Positions 13,100-25,933 of a DNA stretch of 64,000 nucleotides are shown in pieces (the first letter of the stretch is position 1; the number at the start of each line of letters is the position of its first letter). A program made the translations under genes and the position numbers. Source of the stretch: Octopus bimaculoides (lineage: Eukaryota); contig NC_068991.1 in the NCBI RefSeq assembly GCF_001194135.2, forward strand, positions 10,080,782-10,144,781, given 5' to 3'. The notes beneath the pieces are model-generated. The model was given only the letters and a program-made list of their open reading frames with translations. It made no database searches and was not told where the DNA came from.

Positions 13100-14619
13100 A
13101 AAGGCACTTGTGCCAGTGCCACATAAAAGCAGTTATGCGGGGCCACATAAATGTACCCAGCACACTCTGTAAAGTGATTGGTTTTAGGTAGGGCATCCAG
13201 CCATAGAAACCATGCCAAATCAGACTGGAGCCTGGTGCAGCCCCTCAGCTTACTATGAAACCTATCGTAGCATGGACAACAGACATTAAATGATGACGAC
13301 GACGATGATGGTGATATGTATATGTATGTATATATATATATATATGAATATATGAAAGTCTACATAAACCAAAATGTTTTATATTCCTCATAATAATGAT
13401 GATGCTCAAGAGGAAAACATTGATGATGATGAAGATGATGATGATGATGAAAAAGTGGGGGATAAGCAGAAGGGGGATGCGGGGTGAGAGGCAAGGCTGA
13501 AGGAGATCGTAACAACAACAAGAACAACAACAAATGCTGACAGCTGATAAGCCATTATTATCATGGCAATAATAATGAACATAGTGATTAATGATTGACT
13601 GTGACATTGATGATGAGGATTAACAAGAGTGATGGTGGTAATGGTGATGATGGTGAAAACGATGAGGATGATGGACAGAATGGTGTTGATGGCAGTGACG
13701 ATGACGATGACGATGACGATGATGATGATGATGATGATGATGTTGATGATAGCAAGAACAAAATGACAGTGGTGGATGATGGTAATGGTGATGAAGAAGA
13801 TGATGATGATGATGATGATAATGATGGTAGTTGTGGTGGTGAAGGTTGTGATGATGATTGAAATGGTGATAATGATGATGAAAATAATGATGTTATTGAT
13901 GATGATGATGATGATAAAAGTGATGTATGGTGACAACGATTATGATGATGATAGTGAAGATAACGAAAATGATGACGTGGTCAGTGAGGATAACGTCACT
14001 GATGATGACGATAGTGGAGATGAGAATGATAAAGAGAACGATAGTGATGATGGTGTTGATGCTGATGATGATGATGACACTGATGATGATGATGATGATG
14101 ATGTTAACAGCTTTATGAAATATAATATCATAGCATAGATGATTTGCCACTATATTTGTATGTTATTATTGTTGACAGCACCACAAACGACAGTGTTCAT
14201 TTTTGGTAAACATCTGCTCCACGGCAATGATGAATCTCAGAACACTGTAAACAAATTACAGGATCAGTCACCACCGTCACCAACAATGCCACCACCACCA
14301 CCACCACCACCACCACCACCACCATCAACAACGCTAGCTGTCTGCTTTCTCTGCTGATATGCATACATACAAGCACCATATAAGGATGAGTATGCATGCA
14401 TGCATATATGTATGCATATATCTACCTATCTATATCTATCAATCTATATATCTATATATCTCCTCTATATATATTCACTTTTATTTGTTGCACTTTGTAG
14501 TTATACTGGGGCACCAGCTTGAAGGGTTCAACCCCAGAGCAAACCAACACCAGCCTTGTACTTATTCTGTCAGTCTTTTGCCTAACTGTTGCGAACAAAC
14601 ACCAACACAAACACACACA

Positions 14620-14653
<34 letters not shown>

Positions 14654-14895
14654 AAGGAATTCTTTCAGTTTCTCTCAGCAAAATCCACTCACCTGGCTTT
14701 GGCCAACCCAGGTTTAAAGTAGAAGACACTTGCCCAAGGTGCCATTCAATGGGACAGAACCTGGATCCATGTGGTTGGGAAGTAAACTTGTTACTGCACA
14801 GCCATGCAGTCAAAATAGCACCAGTCATTTTAGATTTCTTTCACCGGTGCCTCGTATGGTAACCAAGAGAGTGTCAAAAGTGTTGTACAAGCTTT

Positions 14896-15231
14896 TGACG
14901 TACAAACGTCTCCATTGACGTACAAACGTCTCCATTGACGTACAGACGTCTCCATTGACGTACAGACGTCTCCATTGACGTACAGACGTCTCCATTGACG
15001 TACAAACGTCTCCATTGACGTACAGACGTCTCCATTGACGTACAGACGTCTCCATTGACGTACAAACGTCTCCATTGACGTACAAACGTCTCCATTGACG
15101 TACAGACGTCTCCATTGACGTACAAACGTCTCCATTGACGTACAAACGTCTACATTGACGTACAAACGTCTCCATTGACGTACAAACGTCTCCATTGACG
15201 TACAAACGTCTCCATTGACGTACAGACGTCT
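14896..15231. repeat. 20-bp minisatellite, about 17 units of taca(a/g)acgtctccattgacg
   Basis: 16 full units at 14901-15220 plus partial flanks. One A/G variable position and a single c>a variant at about 15152. No spacers. Confidence 0.97.
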
Positions 15232-16983
15232 GATTATCATTTAATTTCTTGGTCTGCTTTGTATTTAATAAAATTCTTTGCAAGTATGGAAATAAATTAC
15301 AACAAACAATCAAGATAACTACAAGACAACTATCATCAGACAAGAGGAGGCAATCGATGATGATGATAGGCGCTGGAGTGGCTATGTGGTAAGAAGCTGG
15401 CAGAAACGTTAGCACGCCGGGCGAAATGCTTAGTAGTATTTCGTCTGCTGTTACGTTCTGAGTTCAAATTCCGCCGAGGTCGACTTTGCCTTTCATCCTT
15501 TCGGGGTCGATAAATTAAGTACCAGTTATGCACTGGGTCGATATGGAATTGAGTAGGAAAAATTCATAGCAAGTGGAACCTCAGAAGTGATAATATCCGC
15601 GTTAGGGGTATACTGCCGACTACTCTTCAGGCCAAGAATATCTTGATTAGATTAAAGATTACATTATTGCAAGGAGGTACATGTTGACACAAAGAAGATT
15701 CAATCAGAATGTGTGATATATATATATATATGTATATACTATATCATCAGGGGAAAGAGAGTTTGCTTGTTAATATAGGAACATCTTCGATTTTACGTCA
15801 GCAAGATAACAATTGTCTTGGAGTTAAACGACATCATAATTAGAACCATAGTTATTGTGATTGTCATCATCATCATCAACATTATCATCATCATCAACAT
15901 CCTTACCGTCATCATCATCATTATCATCATCAACATCCTTACCATCGTCCATTGTCACCATCATCGTCATCATCATCCACATCAACATCCTTACCATCAT
16001 CATCATCGTCATCATCAACATCCTCACCATCATCATCATCATCATCATCATCAACATCCTTACCATCATCCATTGTCATCATCATTGCCATCATCATCGT
16101 CATCATCAACATCCTTACCATCATTGTCATCACCAAACCAGCACCACGGTAGTTATCATCCTTGTGTTCCTCCTTACCAGAGTAGGTTGGACAGAGTTCT
16201 ACTGGTGGTAATAAGAAAAAAAATTTTTCTATTCCACATCTCCTCATCTGTGGCGACCTGAGATCTAATCTCACCAATCCCACATCCTCCCCACGCCAAC
16301 CCCAGTCTTCCTCACTTCCCTCACATGTCAGTGCATTCTCACCCACCACTTTTTCCTCCACTGTCTGTTCACCTGCTTGCTTGTGCGTCACCTTTCTAGC
16401 AAGATACTACAACACATCTAACAGATCATAATCAAATTAATTATTTTAGTTCCATGAACTTAAATTTAAAAAAAAACAAAAAAACTTTTAATTGGATTTC
16501 GAATAAATTGGGAAATTAATTGTTCTTATTCTTTACTTTTTGTCTTTTTTTATAAAATATTTGTATTGATTATCTTCAGTTGGTCAGCATATATTGAACT
16601 ATTTAAATCGGTTCAATATGCTATCTTCCTTGTATCGTCACATTTGGAAAGGCACCATGACACGACACCCAACTGGCACCATACTCAAAGAACTCCACAA
16701 AGACTAACATCATAGTCACAGAAGGAAGAAATGATACCTTTTACCTTCGTTGTTTCAGTCTCTGGGCTGCGGCCATGCTGGAGCACTGCCTAGAAGGGCT
16801 TCAGCCAAGGGAATCAACCCCTAGTACTAAATTTTAAGCCAAGTACTCGCTCTATTGGCCTCTTTTTACTGAACTGCTAAGTTACAGGGATGTGAACAAA
16901 CCAACACCAGTTGTCAAGTGGAGGTCAGGGAGAAACACAAGTACAAACAAATATACATATGTACATATAAACATACATATATA

Positions 16984-17025
<42 letters not shown>

Positions 17026-17390
17026 NNNNNNNNNNNNNNNNNNNNNNNNNNNNNNNNNNNNNNNNNNNNNNNNNNNNNNNNNNNNNNNNNNNNNNNNNNN
17101 NNNNNNNNNNNNNNNNNNNNNNNNNNNNNNNNNNNNNNNNNNNNNNNNNNNNNNNNNNNNNNNNNNNNNNNNNNNNNNNNNNNNNNNNNNNNNNNNNNNN
17201 NNNNNNNNNNNNNNNNNNNNNNNNNNNNNNNNNNNNNNNNNNNNNNNNNNNNNNNNNNNNNNNNNNNNNNNNNNNNNNNNNNNNNNNNNNNNNNNNNNNN
17301 NNNNNNNNNNNNNNNNNNNNNNNNNNNNNNNNNNNNNNNNNNNNNNNNNNNNNNNNNNNNNNNNNNNNNNNNNNNNNNNNNNNNNNNNNN

Positions 17391-17426
<36 letters not shown>

Positions 17427-19724
17427 AACACATATATATGATGATCTTTCAGTTTCTTATTTCTTTACTGCCCACAAAGAGGCTAAACATAGAGGGGACA
17501 AACAAGAGATTAAGTCAATTACATCAACCCCAGTACACAAATGGTACTTAATTTATCGACCCCGAAAGGATGAAAGGCAAAGTCAACCTCGGCAGAATTT
17601 GAACTCAGAACGCAATGGCAGACGAAATGCCGCTAAGCATTTCGCCTGGCGTGCCAACGTTTCTGCCAGCTCGCCGCCTGAATCTTTCAGTTCTTTCAGT
17701 TTCTGATCTTTCGGTTTCTACTTACCAAATCCACTCACAGTGCCAAGCTTTGGCCAGCCTGGGGCTACAGCGGAAGACATTTACCCAAGGTACTGCAAAG
17801 TGAGACTGAACTGAGAAGCAAGATTCTTAGCACACAGCTATGCCTGACAATTAGCAGACATTGCCATCAACAATGTGGCACAACCAAATCCAAAGTCACT
17901 TCTAGGATGCCTCAATGAAACTGATTCTTTGAAATGTTTTGAAGTTTCCCAAGAAGTAGTCAATGGCTTTTGTTTCCAATGTAACTTAATTTGCTGTAGA
18001 GAGAAGTATTTCAAAAGCATAGTCGCCATCATAAGAAACGAGGTGGAAGTGGGGGAGCTTCTGCCATTATAACCTCTCTTAGCTGTAAAAGCTTCATTTC
18101 TCAAAGTGAAGGGTATATTGCTTAATGCTTGATACATAGTAAGAAAGAAATGAGATGAACAACCTATGATGAATGTGCGAGATATGCAATGTTAGCATTT
18201 ATGATGGTATATAAATGTGCACAAAATGCAATCGTTGAAGAGTAAGAAGACGTGAGCCTTGAATACAGAAGGTAGTCAAAACTAAGAAGAAATGAGGCGA
18301 GCATACTATGATGGTTGTGCAAGAGGTGCAGCATTAGCATACATGTAAATGCACTGAGAGAAAAACTGGATCAGGGGTATCAGATGTATAGTGTGCAAAA
18401 GGCCATTAGTTGGAATCAGATGTAGTATGCAAAGACATACATAAAATGATAAAGGTGGAGGTCAGGATACCCTACATCTGGGTCTATGTCGCCTATTTGC
18501 TCTTAATTCTTCCTCTAATCCCTAGCTCACTGCTTCAGTAATGATGGATGGCAACACGTTAGACTTGTGATCAATCAGCCCTCACATTCATCATTCATCA
18601 CTCATCCCTACTGCTGTCCATCATTCTTGTTATCTTCATTTTTCATTCATTCGTGCATACATACTTACTAACAGACATGCATATATCACCACCAGCAACA
18701 CCATCAATAAACAACAACAACAACAACAGTCATCTAATGTCCACTTCCCATGCTGGTTTGGGTTGACCAGTTTCACAGAGAACCAGTGAGCTGCAGAGCT
18801 GCGTTGAACTCTGGTGTTATCTTCTGCATGGTTTTTACTGGGTGCCATTCCAAACACCAAAGAAATTTTTTTAAATAGCACCTGGTACACTTTACAGAGT
18901 GTACTGGGTGCTTATTTCTTGCCACCTGCACCATTGAGATTGCCATGTGAATTGCAAGACAGGAATATGTGGGTGTGTGTGTGTGTGTGTGTGCGCACAC
19001 ACGGACATGCACTCAGACAGACGTACACACATACACTCATACGCAGGCGTACACATGTACACTCATACACACGCATACACACACAGACGTACACGCATCT
19101 ACTCACACATACATACATACATTCATACAACTGTACAGACATCCATTCACACAGACATACACATATCTACTCACACACCGCTGTACACACGAATACTCCT
19201 ACACTTCCACACATACATACAGATGTACACACCCACTCACACAACCATACACACATCCACTCACACACAGAGGTATACATGTACGCTCATACACTCTTAC
19301 ACACAAACAGACATACACACATCCACCCCCACACACATACACACTCACACACAACCATACGCACAGACATGCACAAACACTCCCACACAACTCCCACTCA
19401 CGGACGTATGCACATCCACTCACACACACACACAGACGTACACATATCCACTCACACACACACACAACTGTACACATTACCACTAACACAAAGATGTACA
19501 CACACACATTCACACACTCTCACACACATACTCCCACATGCGCAAGTGCACACACATACACACACACACTCAATGAGCTCCTCTCAATATCTCTACTAAA
19601 TGTACCCAGAAGGCCTGGTTCTATGCAAAGAGGCACTTACCCAAGGTGCCACCAGTAAGGTTAAGCCAGACACTATGTAGCTGCAGAGCAACATTTTTAG
19701 TCACCCAGATGTGCCTCTTCCTAC

Positions 19725-19758
<34 letters not shown>

Positions 19759-20026
19759 TCACAACACAAATATGTATACACAGTGTTCACTTCAAAATCA
19801 TATATATGCTTATAGCCATTCATTTATACATCTGCGCATCTGTGCTTCATTCCATCATTGCACACATACCTATAGATACATACATACATTCATATACATA
19901 ATTGGTCACACATACACACACACATTCACAACACTCACATACATATACATATATGTCTGTGTATGTGCCTACACCTATCTATCTATCTATCTATCTATAT
20001 CTATATATAAATAGGTAGATAGATAG

Positions 20027-20106
<80 letters not shown>

Positions 20107-20792
20107 CCCACTTGGGTATATATATATATATATATATATGGGGAGCGAGAGAGAGAGAACCAAATGGTTAGATAAATAGATAGATAGATAGACAGACAGA
20201 CAGACNNNNNNNNNNNNNNNNNNNNNNNNNNNNNNNNNNNNNNNNNNNNNNNNNNNNNNNNNNNNNNNNNNNNNNNNNNNNNNNNNNNNNNNNNNNNNNN
20301 NNNNNNNNNNNNNNNNNNNNNNNNNNNNNNNNNNNNNNNNNNNNNNNNNNNNNNNNNNNNNNNNNNNNNNNNNNNNNNNNNNNNNNNNNNNNNNNNNNNN
20401 NNNNNNNNNNNNNNNNNNNNNNNNNNNNNNNNNNNNNNNNNNNNNNNNNNNNNNNNNNNNNNNNNNNNNNNNNNNNNNNNNNNNNNNNNNNNNNNNNNNN
20501 NNNNNNNNNNNNNNNNNNNNNNNNNNNNNNNNNNNNNNNNNNNNNNNNNNNNNNNNNNNNNNNNNNNNNNNNNNNNNNNNNNNNNNNNNNNNNNNNNNNN
20601 NNNNGTTAGTCTTCTTCCATCCTCCACCTCTACTCCCACCTCTCCCTTCTGTTTCCACCTGGTTCTCCTTCCATTCCTCAATTTCCCCCCCCACCTCGTC
20701 TCCCCTTCCTTCTTCCTCCCTCAATACTGGTGTTTCTGTCACATCTTTCTGTCCTTGTCTGTCTATCTGACTTGTGGCCTATGTCTTCTTCG

Positions 20793-20825
<33 letters not shown>

Positions 20826-21257
20826 CTTTTGCTTCCTCCCACTGTATCTCTCCCTTTCTCATTCATTCATATATATATATGTATCACATATATATATATC
20901 AACTCTGCTCTCACCTTGTATACTATCTCACTGTCTCACTCTCCTCCCTCCCCCTCTCTCTCTCTCTTCAACTTGTTTCTCAATATCTATCTATCTCTCC
21001 ATCATTTACTGGCTGTCTCCTACTTGTGTGTGTATTTATCTGCCTCTCTCTCTCTCTCTCTCCCCCTCAGTTTCTTTCCCTCTCTCCATCTCTCTCTCAT
21101 TATTCATGATGACAGCAGATTGGCAGAATGAGTAGCACACTGGTCTATTATATTCAATCACAGCCCTTTACATCATGAGTTCAATCCCACCTAGGTTTGC
21201 ATTTCCTTCCAATTTTTTTCCAGTGTCAATAAAAAAAAAACGACAGGCACACCATTA

Positions 21258-21758
21258 GTTATGACAGCGAGGGTTCCAGGTGATCCGATCAATGGAACAA
21301 CCTGCTCGTGAAATTAACGTGCAAGTGGCTGAGCAATCCACAGACATGTGTACCCCCAACGTAGTTCTTAGATATATTCAGTGTGCCACAGAGTGTGACA
21401 AGGCCGGCCCTTTGAAATACAGGTACTACTCATTTTTGCCAGCTGAGTGGACTGGAGCAACGTGAAACAAAGTGTCTTGCTCAAGGACACAACGCGTCAC
21501 TGGGAATCGAACTCATGACCTTACAATCGTGAGCCGATTGCCNNNNNNNNNNGTAGTTCTTAGATATATTCAGTGTGCCACAGAGTGTGACAAGGCCGGC
21601 CCTTTGAAATACAGGTACTACTCATTTTTGCCAGCTGAGTGGACTGGAGCAACGTGAAACAAAGTGTCTTGCTCAAGGACACAACGCGTCACTGGGAATC
21701 GAACTCATGACCTTACAATCGTGAGCCGATTGCCCTAACCACTAAGCCACGCGCCTTC
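21258..21758 (-). mobile_element. tRNA-derived SINE family E (contains a duplication across a 10-N gap)
   Basis: The minus-strand head gaaggcgcgtggcttagtggttagggc...gagttcgattccc carries A and B boxes and is followed by a non-tRNA body. Related copies lie at about 27723-27997(-) and 59310-59560(+). Confidence 0.85.
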
Positions 21759-21799
<41 letters not shown>

Positions 21800-21837
21800 G
21801 TAAAATAAAATAAGATTCAGTTGAATTAGGTACTTAA

Positions 21838-22005
21838 ACTTCTAGTTTTAAGAAGCCTAATTTCTCAAGATTGGCATTTGGGCAGTGTGTTACATATCCC
21901 AGTGCCCCAATAATTACAGGTATAAACCTGAACTTGTAACCTGGATAGAGTAACTGCAGATTTCTTGATAGTTCAGCATAGGTGTTCTCTTTTTCATACA
22001 TACAA
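21838..22005 (-). mobile_element. Fragment of the second RLE LINE family
   Basis: Its reverse complement is nearly identical to about 52590-52745 (aaaagagaacacctatgctgaacta...gagaaattaggcttct). An ACAT/ATGT-type microsatellite lies at the 5' junction. Confidence 0.85.
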
Positions 22006-23933
22006 ATGTATGTACGTATGTATGTATGTACGAATTGTAATCTTTTAACTCGTAATACCTATAATAAATGCATATGCATGCATGTGTACATGTATGTAAG
22101 TGTGTGTGTGTGTGTGGGGGGGATATATGTATGTGTATGCACAAGCATATAATCATGGTGGAAATCAATGTGATATCCTAAACAAAACAACCTATTGATA
22201 TACTTTCAAAGGATTCTCTGCACTCTACTCTTCTTGTATGTTATCTCAGTAGTAACAGAAGAAAACCACAAACATACCCTTACCACCCTCCGCATCATCT
22301 TATATCCCTTTCTCCATCTCCCATTACTTAGCTGTTTCTCCTTCACAATTCTTATTGAATATATATTATCCAACAGATTTCATTAGAGTCGGAATGTTCT
22401 TTCTAGATTACTCAAAATGCAAGAAGTTATCACATTTCTCATTCAAATTATATAATTTTTCCAAACTATTAACCTCGTCTTAAATGTGTGTGAATGCATG
22501 TGTTTGAGTATGTGTGTGTATCTATGTGTTGTGCATCTGTGTCTGTGTTTGTGTGCATGTGGGTTTGTATGTGTGTTGGTCAGACCCTCTATAATGGGAT
22601 TGAACCTGAGACTAACTGGTTGCAAAGTGAGCTCAACCACACAGCCATATCTGTACTTATGTGAGAGCTATATGTTACCTGTCTTCTGATTAGACATTGG
22701 TAGAATTGCTAAAGTAAGGGCGGTGTATAGGCAGATATGAAAATATTTTAAATTTTATTAGATGATTTTCACATTGTTGATGTTAAAATCATCATCATCA
22801 CTGATGTTAAATGATGATGATGATGCTGATAATGATGACGATGATGATTTTAACATTATAAGAAACTATATATATTGCAAAAGTTTTTTTTTTTAACAAA
22901 CTAGGAAAAAATATATAAATATTTTGCCAGATCATAAATGTCAATGACCATTTTAAAGAAGAAAGAACAACATGTGCAATAAAACAGTTAAAAAGGGCTT
23001 TAGAAAATCTTTACTCAAACGTTGTTGTGTAACAACATGCATTAAGACTGAATGCAAAGAAGAACAACAACAACAACATTAAAAACAAATTGATTTTCTT
23101 GCAAAAAGAAAAACAAAGAAAAAACAGAAAAGTAAAATGAAAGAGTCATGCGCTGACTTAATACAACAGATGCACTTTTACGACCAGAACTGGTAAAGTT
23201 CAAAGGTCAGATTTGTAAACAAAAATACAATTATTTGTTTGAAAGTTCTAAGAGAAATTTATGAATAGATATGTATGTCTGTCCCATGACAAGAGCTAGA
23301 CAAGATCAAAACAACCAAATATTTATTACAAAATATTTCCAGCTTTATCACCATCCTCACTATCACTATCATCATCATCATCATTTAAAGTCCATGTTCC
23401 ATGCTGGCATGGATTAGACATTTTGACAGGATCTGAAGGGTCCAAGGACTGCATCATGCTCCAGTATCTGCTTTGGTATGGTCTCTATGGTTAGATGCCC
23501 TTCCTAATGCCAACTACTTTACAATGTTGTACTGGATACTTTTTCTCATGTAACCAGCACTAGTGAGGTTGCCAAGTAATTTGCACCCTCACTGGGGAAA
23601 AAAAAAAAAAAAAAAAAAAAACATCCTTCATGGCCCTTCTTGAATTTTGAAAGGAATTGAGACGAGAAAGGAAGCTGAAAGCGTGCTTGTTCCATTTTGC
23701 CTAATTTCTCTGAAAAGCCGCCCAGGCAGTGATAGTAAATTGAAATAATTTAAAATCAGTCTTCTACCTCACAAATGCCTTTGTTTGATCTGTTTTACAT
23801 TTGATCTCTTGACCCGAAGGCAAGTAATCCAAGAACTTCTCTGGTCAGCCATTCTACCCCTCCACCACCACCACCACCACCATGACTAAGCATCAAACAC
23901 AATGGTAATTCAATAGAAAATGTGTTTACTTAC

Positions 23934-24074
23934 AACAGTAGCTTGGTGGTTAAAATGAATGAGAAGAGCAACTTGTCTTTCTCAAATAATGACCGACAGA
24001 CGTTGCAATAGAGGTTGTAGGTGAAATGTTCGGACAGGTAACGAAGACGCTTCTCCAGGATCTTTGATTTATTA
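23934..24074 (-). CDS. DNAH12: Dynein exon (not annotated in the ORF track): (S)[46 protein letters not shown]+TT
   Basis: 141 nt (1 + 46 codons + 2), translated by hand. Acceptor ttttgcttttgcag, donor TT|gtaagt. Contains [14 protein letters not shown]; [14 protein letters not shown] matches DNAH12 as recalled. Confidence 0.95.
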
Positions 24075-24533
24075 CTGCAAAAGCAAAACGATAATATTAA
24101 TAATAAGGCGGCAAGCTTGCAGAAACATTAGCACCCCGGTTCAAACACTTGGCAGCATTTCGTCTGTCTTTACGTTCTGAGTTCAAATTCTGCCAAGGTT
24201 GACTTTGCCTTTCATCCTTTCGGGGTTGATAAATTAAGTACCAGTTGCATACTGGGTCGATCTAATTGACTGGGCCCCCTCCCCCAAAATTTCAGGCCTT
24301 GCGCCTAGAGTAGAAAAGAATATTAGTAATATTTTTTTTGATACTTTGGCAAAAAGCCAGTAGAATTTTCTAGCAGAGACGGGCAAGTCATTTACTTCGA
24401 TCCCAGCACTGGACTGGTTCCTATTTTTATCAACCCTGAAAGGATAAAAGGAAAAGTCAATTTTTGCGGAGCTTTAACTCAGAACATAACGAGTTGGAAC
24501 AAATGCTACAAGGTATTTTGTCCTTGAACATAC

Positions 24534-24706
24534 CTGTCATGGATTGATGTAATATAGAGGTTGACGAACCAGGTGAGAGAGTATTGGTACATAGGATCGA
24601 TGTTTGGAAGGTCAGCAATGGAGAAGAAGAGTGTGGAAGAGTGTTTAGCAATTGGTCGATAACCAGCTCTTGAGGCGTTAATTTTCTTTTCTGTCTCCTC
24701 AGCCAC
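24534..24706 (-). CDS. DNAH12: Dynein exon, strut region: VAEETEKKINASRAGYRPIAKHSSTLFFSIADLPNIDPMYQYSLTWFVNLYITSIHD+AG
   Basis: 173 nt (57 codons + 2). Acceptor tctcttctgttttccag, donor AG|gtatgt. Contains YRP.A...S.LFF..ADL.NIDPMYQYSL.WF. Confidence 0.95.
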
Positions 24707-24999
24707 CTGGAAAACAGAAGAGACACAAGATTGGTTCGGTGCAATGATGTACTGCCATCAGTCGTTCAATAAGAACTCTGGCTGCTACATATTTTATCTT
24801 TGAAATGCATGAAGGAAATTATGAGAAGCATTAAGAGCAGGTATGGTTGAGTAGTTAAGAAGGTCACTTTGGAATCACCTGATTCCATATTCAGTTCCAC
24901 AGCATGACACCTTGGGCAAGTATCTTGTACATTAGAACTGGATGGGCCAACCAATTCCTTGTGAGTGAATTTAGTAGACAGAAACTGTGAGGAGACCCA

Positions 25000-25225
25000 T
25001 TTGAGCGTGGCTGTTGTCAGTACCACCTGACTGGCCTTCATGCCGGTGGCACGTAAAAGCACCCACTACACTCTCGGAGTGATTGGGGTTAGGAAGGGCA
25101 TCCAGCCGTAGAAACTCTGCCAAATCAGATTGGAGCCTGGTGTAGCCATCTGGTTCACCAGTACTCAGTCAAATCGTCCAACCCATGCTAGCATGGAAAG
25201 CGGACGTTAAACAATGATGATGATG
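25000..25225 (+). mobile_element. Interspersed retroelement 3' segment ending in (GAT)n, family C (representative copy)
   Basis: ...cccactacactctcggagtg.ttgg.gttaggaagggcatccagc...cccatgctagcatggaaagcggacgttaaac + (gat)n. Other approximate copies: 10700-10860(-), 12440-12596(-), 33700-33915(+), 53868-54040(+). It often follows family B. Confidence 0.8.
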
Positions 25226-25237
25226 ATAATCATGATG

Positions 25238-25290
<53 letters not shown>

Positions 25291-25894
25291 CAAACATACA
25301 CATACATATAATATATATACATAATATATACACACATATATACATAAATACATACTCACACACATATATATGTTTACACATATGCACACACACACGCATA
25401 CACTTACACACATTATTCTTTTATAATAAATTTTGTTGACAGTGACTTCAAAGTTTCAGCCTGCTATTCTTTAGGGTGAAACTTCAAAGTCACTATCAAC
25501 ACAAAGCTTCCCTTTTTGTCATCTATGATTTTATTTTTGATCTTCTATATACATGAAGATATTTCCTCCGTCTGGCAGCTTTTCTTTCTACAAAACGGAA
25601 AGTTACATTGCGGAACAGTCATTTCAACGAGTTACATTTATTTATCACATGACGAGATACAGCTGCACCACTGAATGCTCCTGAACCAGTTATTGAGTGT
25701 CCCACCCAAAAGGAATCGATGCTAGATGTGTCGATTGTAAAAGATAAATAATAATAATAACTATTATTACTATTCAAATGCCATCAAGTTTGACTTTGCT
25801 TTCGTCCTTTTGGGTTGATGAACAAAGTATCACTTGACCATTGGGGTCAATTAAATCAACTAGCTTCTTCCCTCAAAAAATTTCAGGCCTTGTG

Positions 25895-25933
<39 letters not shown>

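Noticed and set aside
13595-14138. Acidic poly-Asp or poly-Met/Ile ORFs (also 15818-16391, 42609-43515, 45780-46478, 47530-47880)
   Set aside because: These are translations of (GAT)n, (CAT)n and (GGT)n microsatellites.
14896-15231. CRISPR-like array, and the long RQWRRLYVNGDVCTSMET ORFs
   Set aside because: The units are contiguous with no unique spacers, the context is eukaryotic and no cas genes are present. The ORFs are translations of a 20-bp repeat.
16178-16257. Candidate next dynein exon (AG...GT bounded, in frame with the previous exon, reads SPQMRRCGIEKFFFLLPPVEL)
   Set aside because: The upstream sequence is purine-rich with no pyrimidine tract, and the peptide lacks the expected FLLTGG motif.
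18814-19658. His/Thr-rich 180-260 aa ORFs (also 51245-52031, 57433-57941)
   Set aside because: These are degenerate CA/TG repeats, which lack stop codons in several frames.
19640-19670. LTGG on the minus strand as part of the expected FLLTGG exon
   Set aside because: It lies in a SINE family B remnant (ggcaccttgggtaagtg) and the frame closes a few codons later.
21690-21758. tRNA gene (A and B boxes, anticodon-like loop)
   Set aside because: It is the head of a SINE. It continues into a non-tRNA body, lacks a proper acceptor stem, and related copies occur at about 27990 and 59310.
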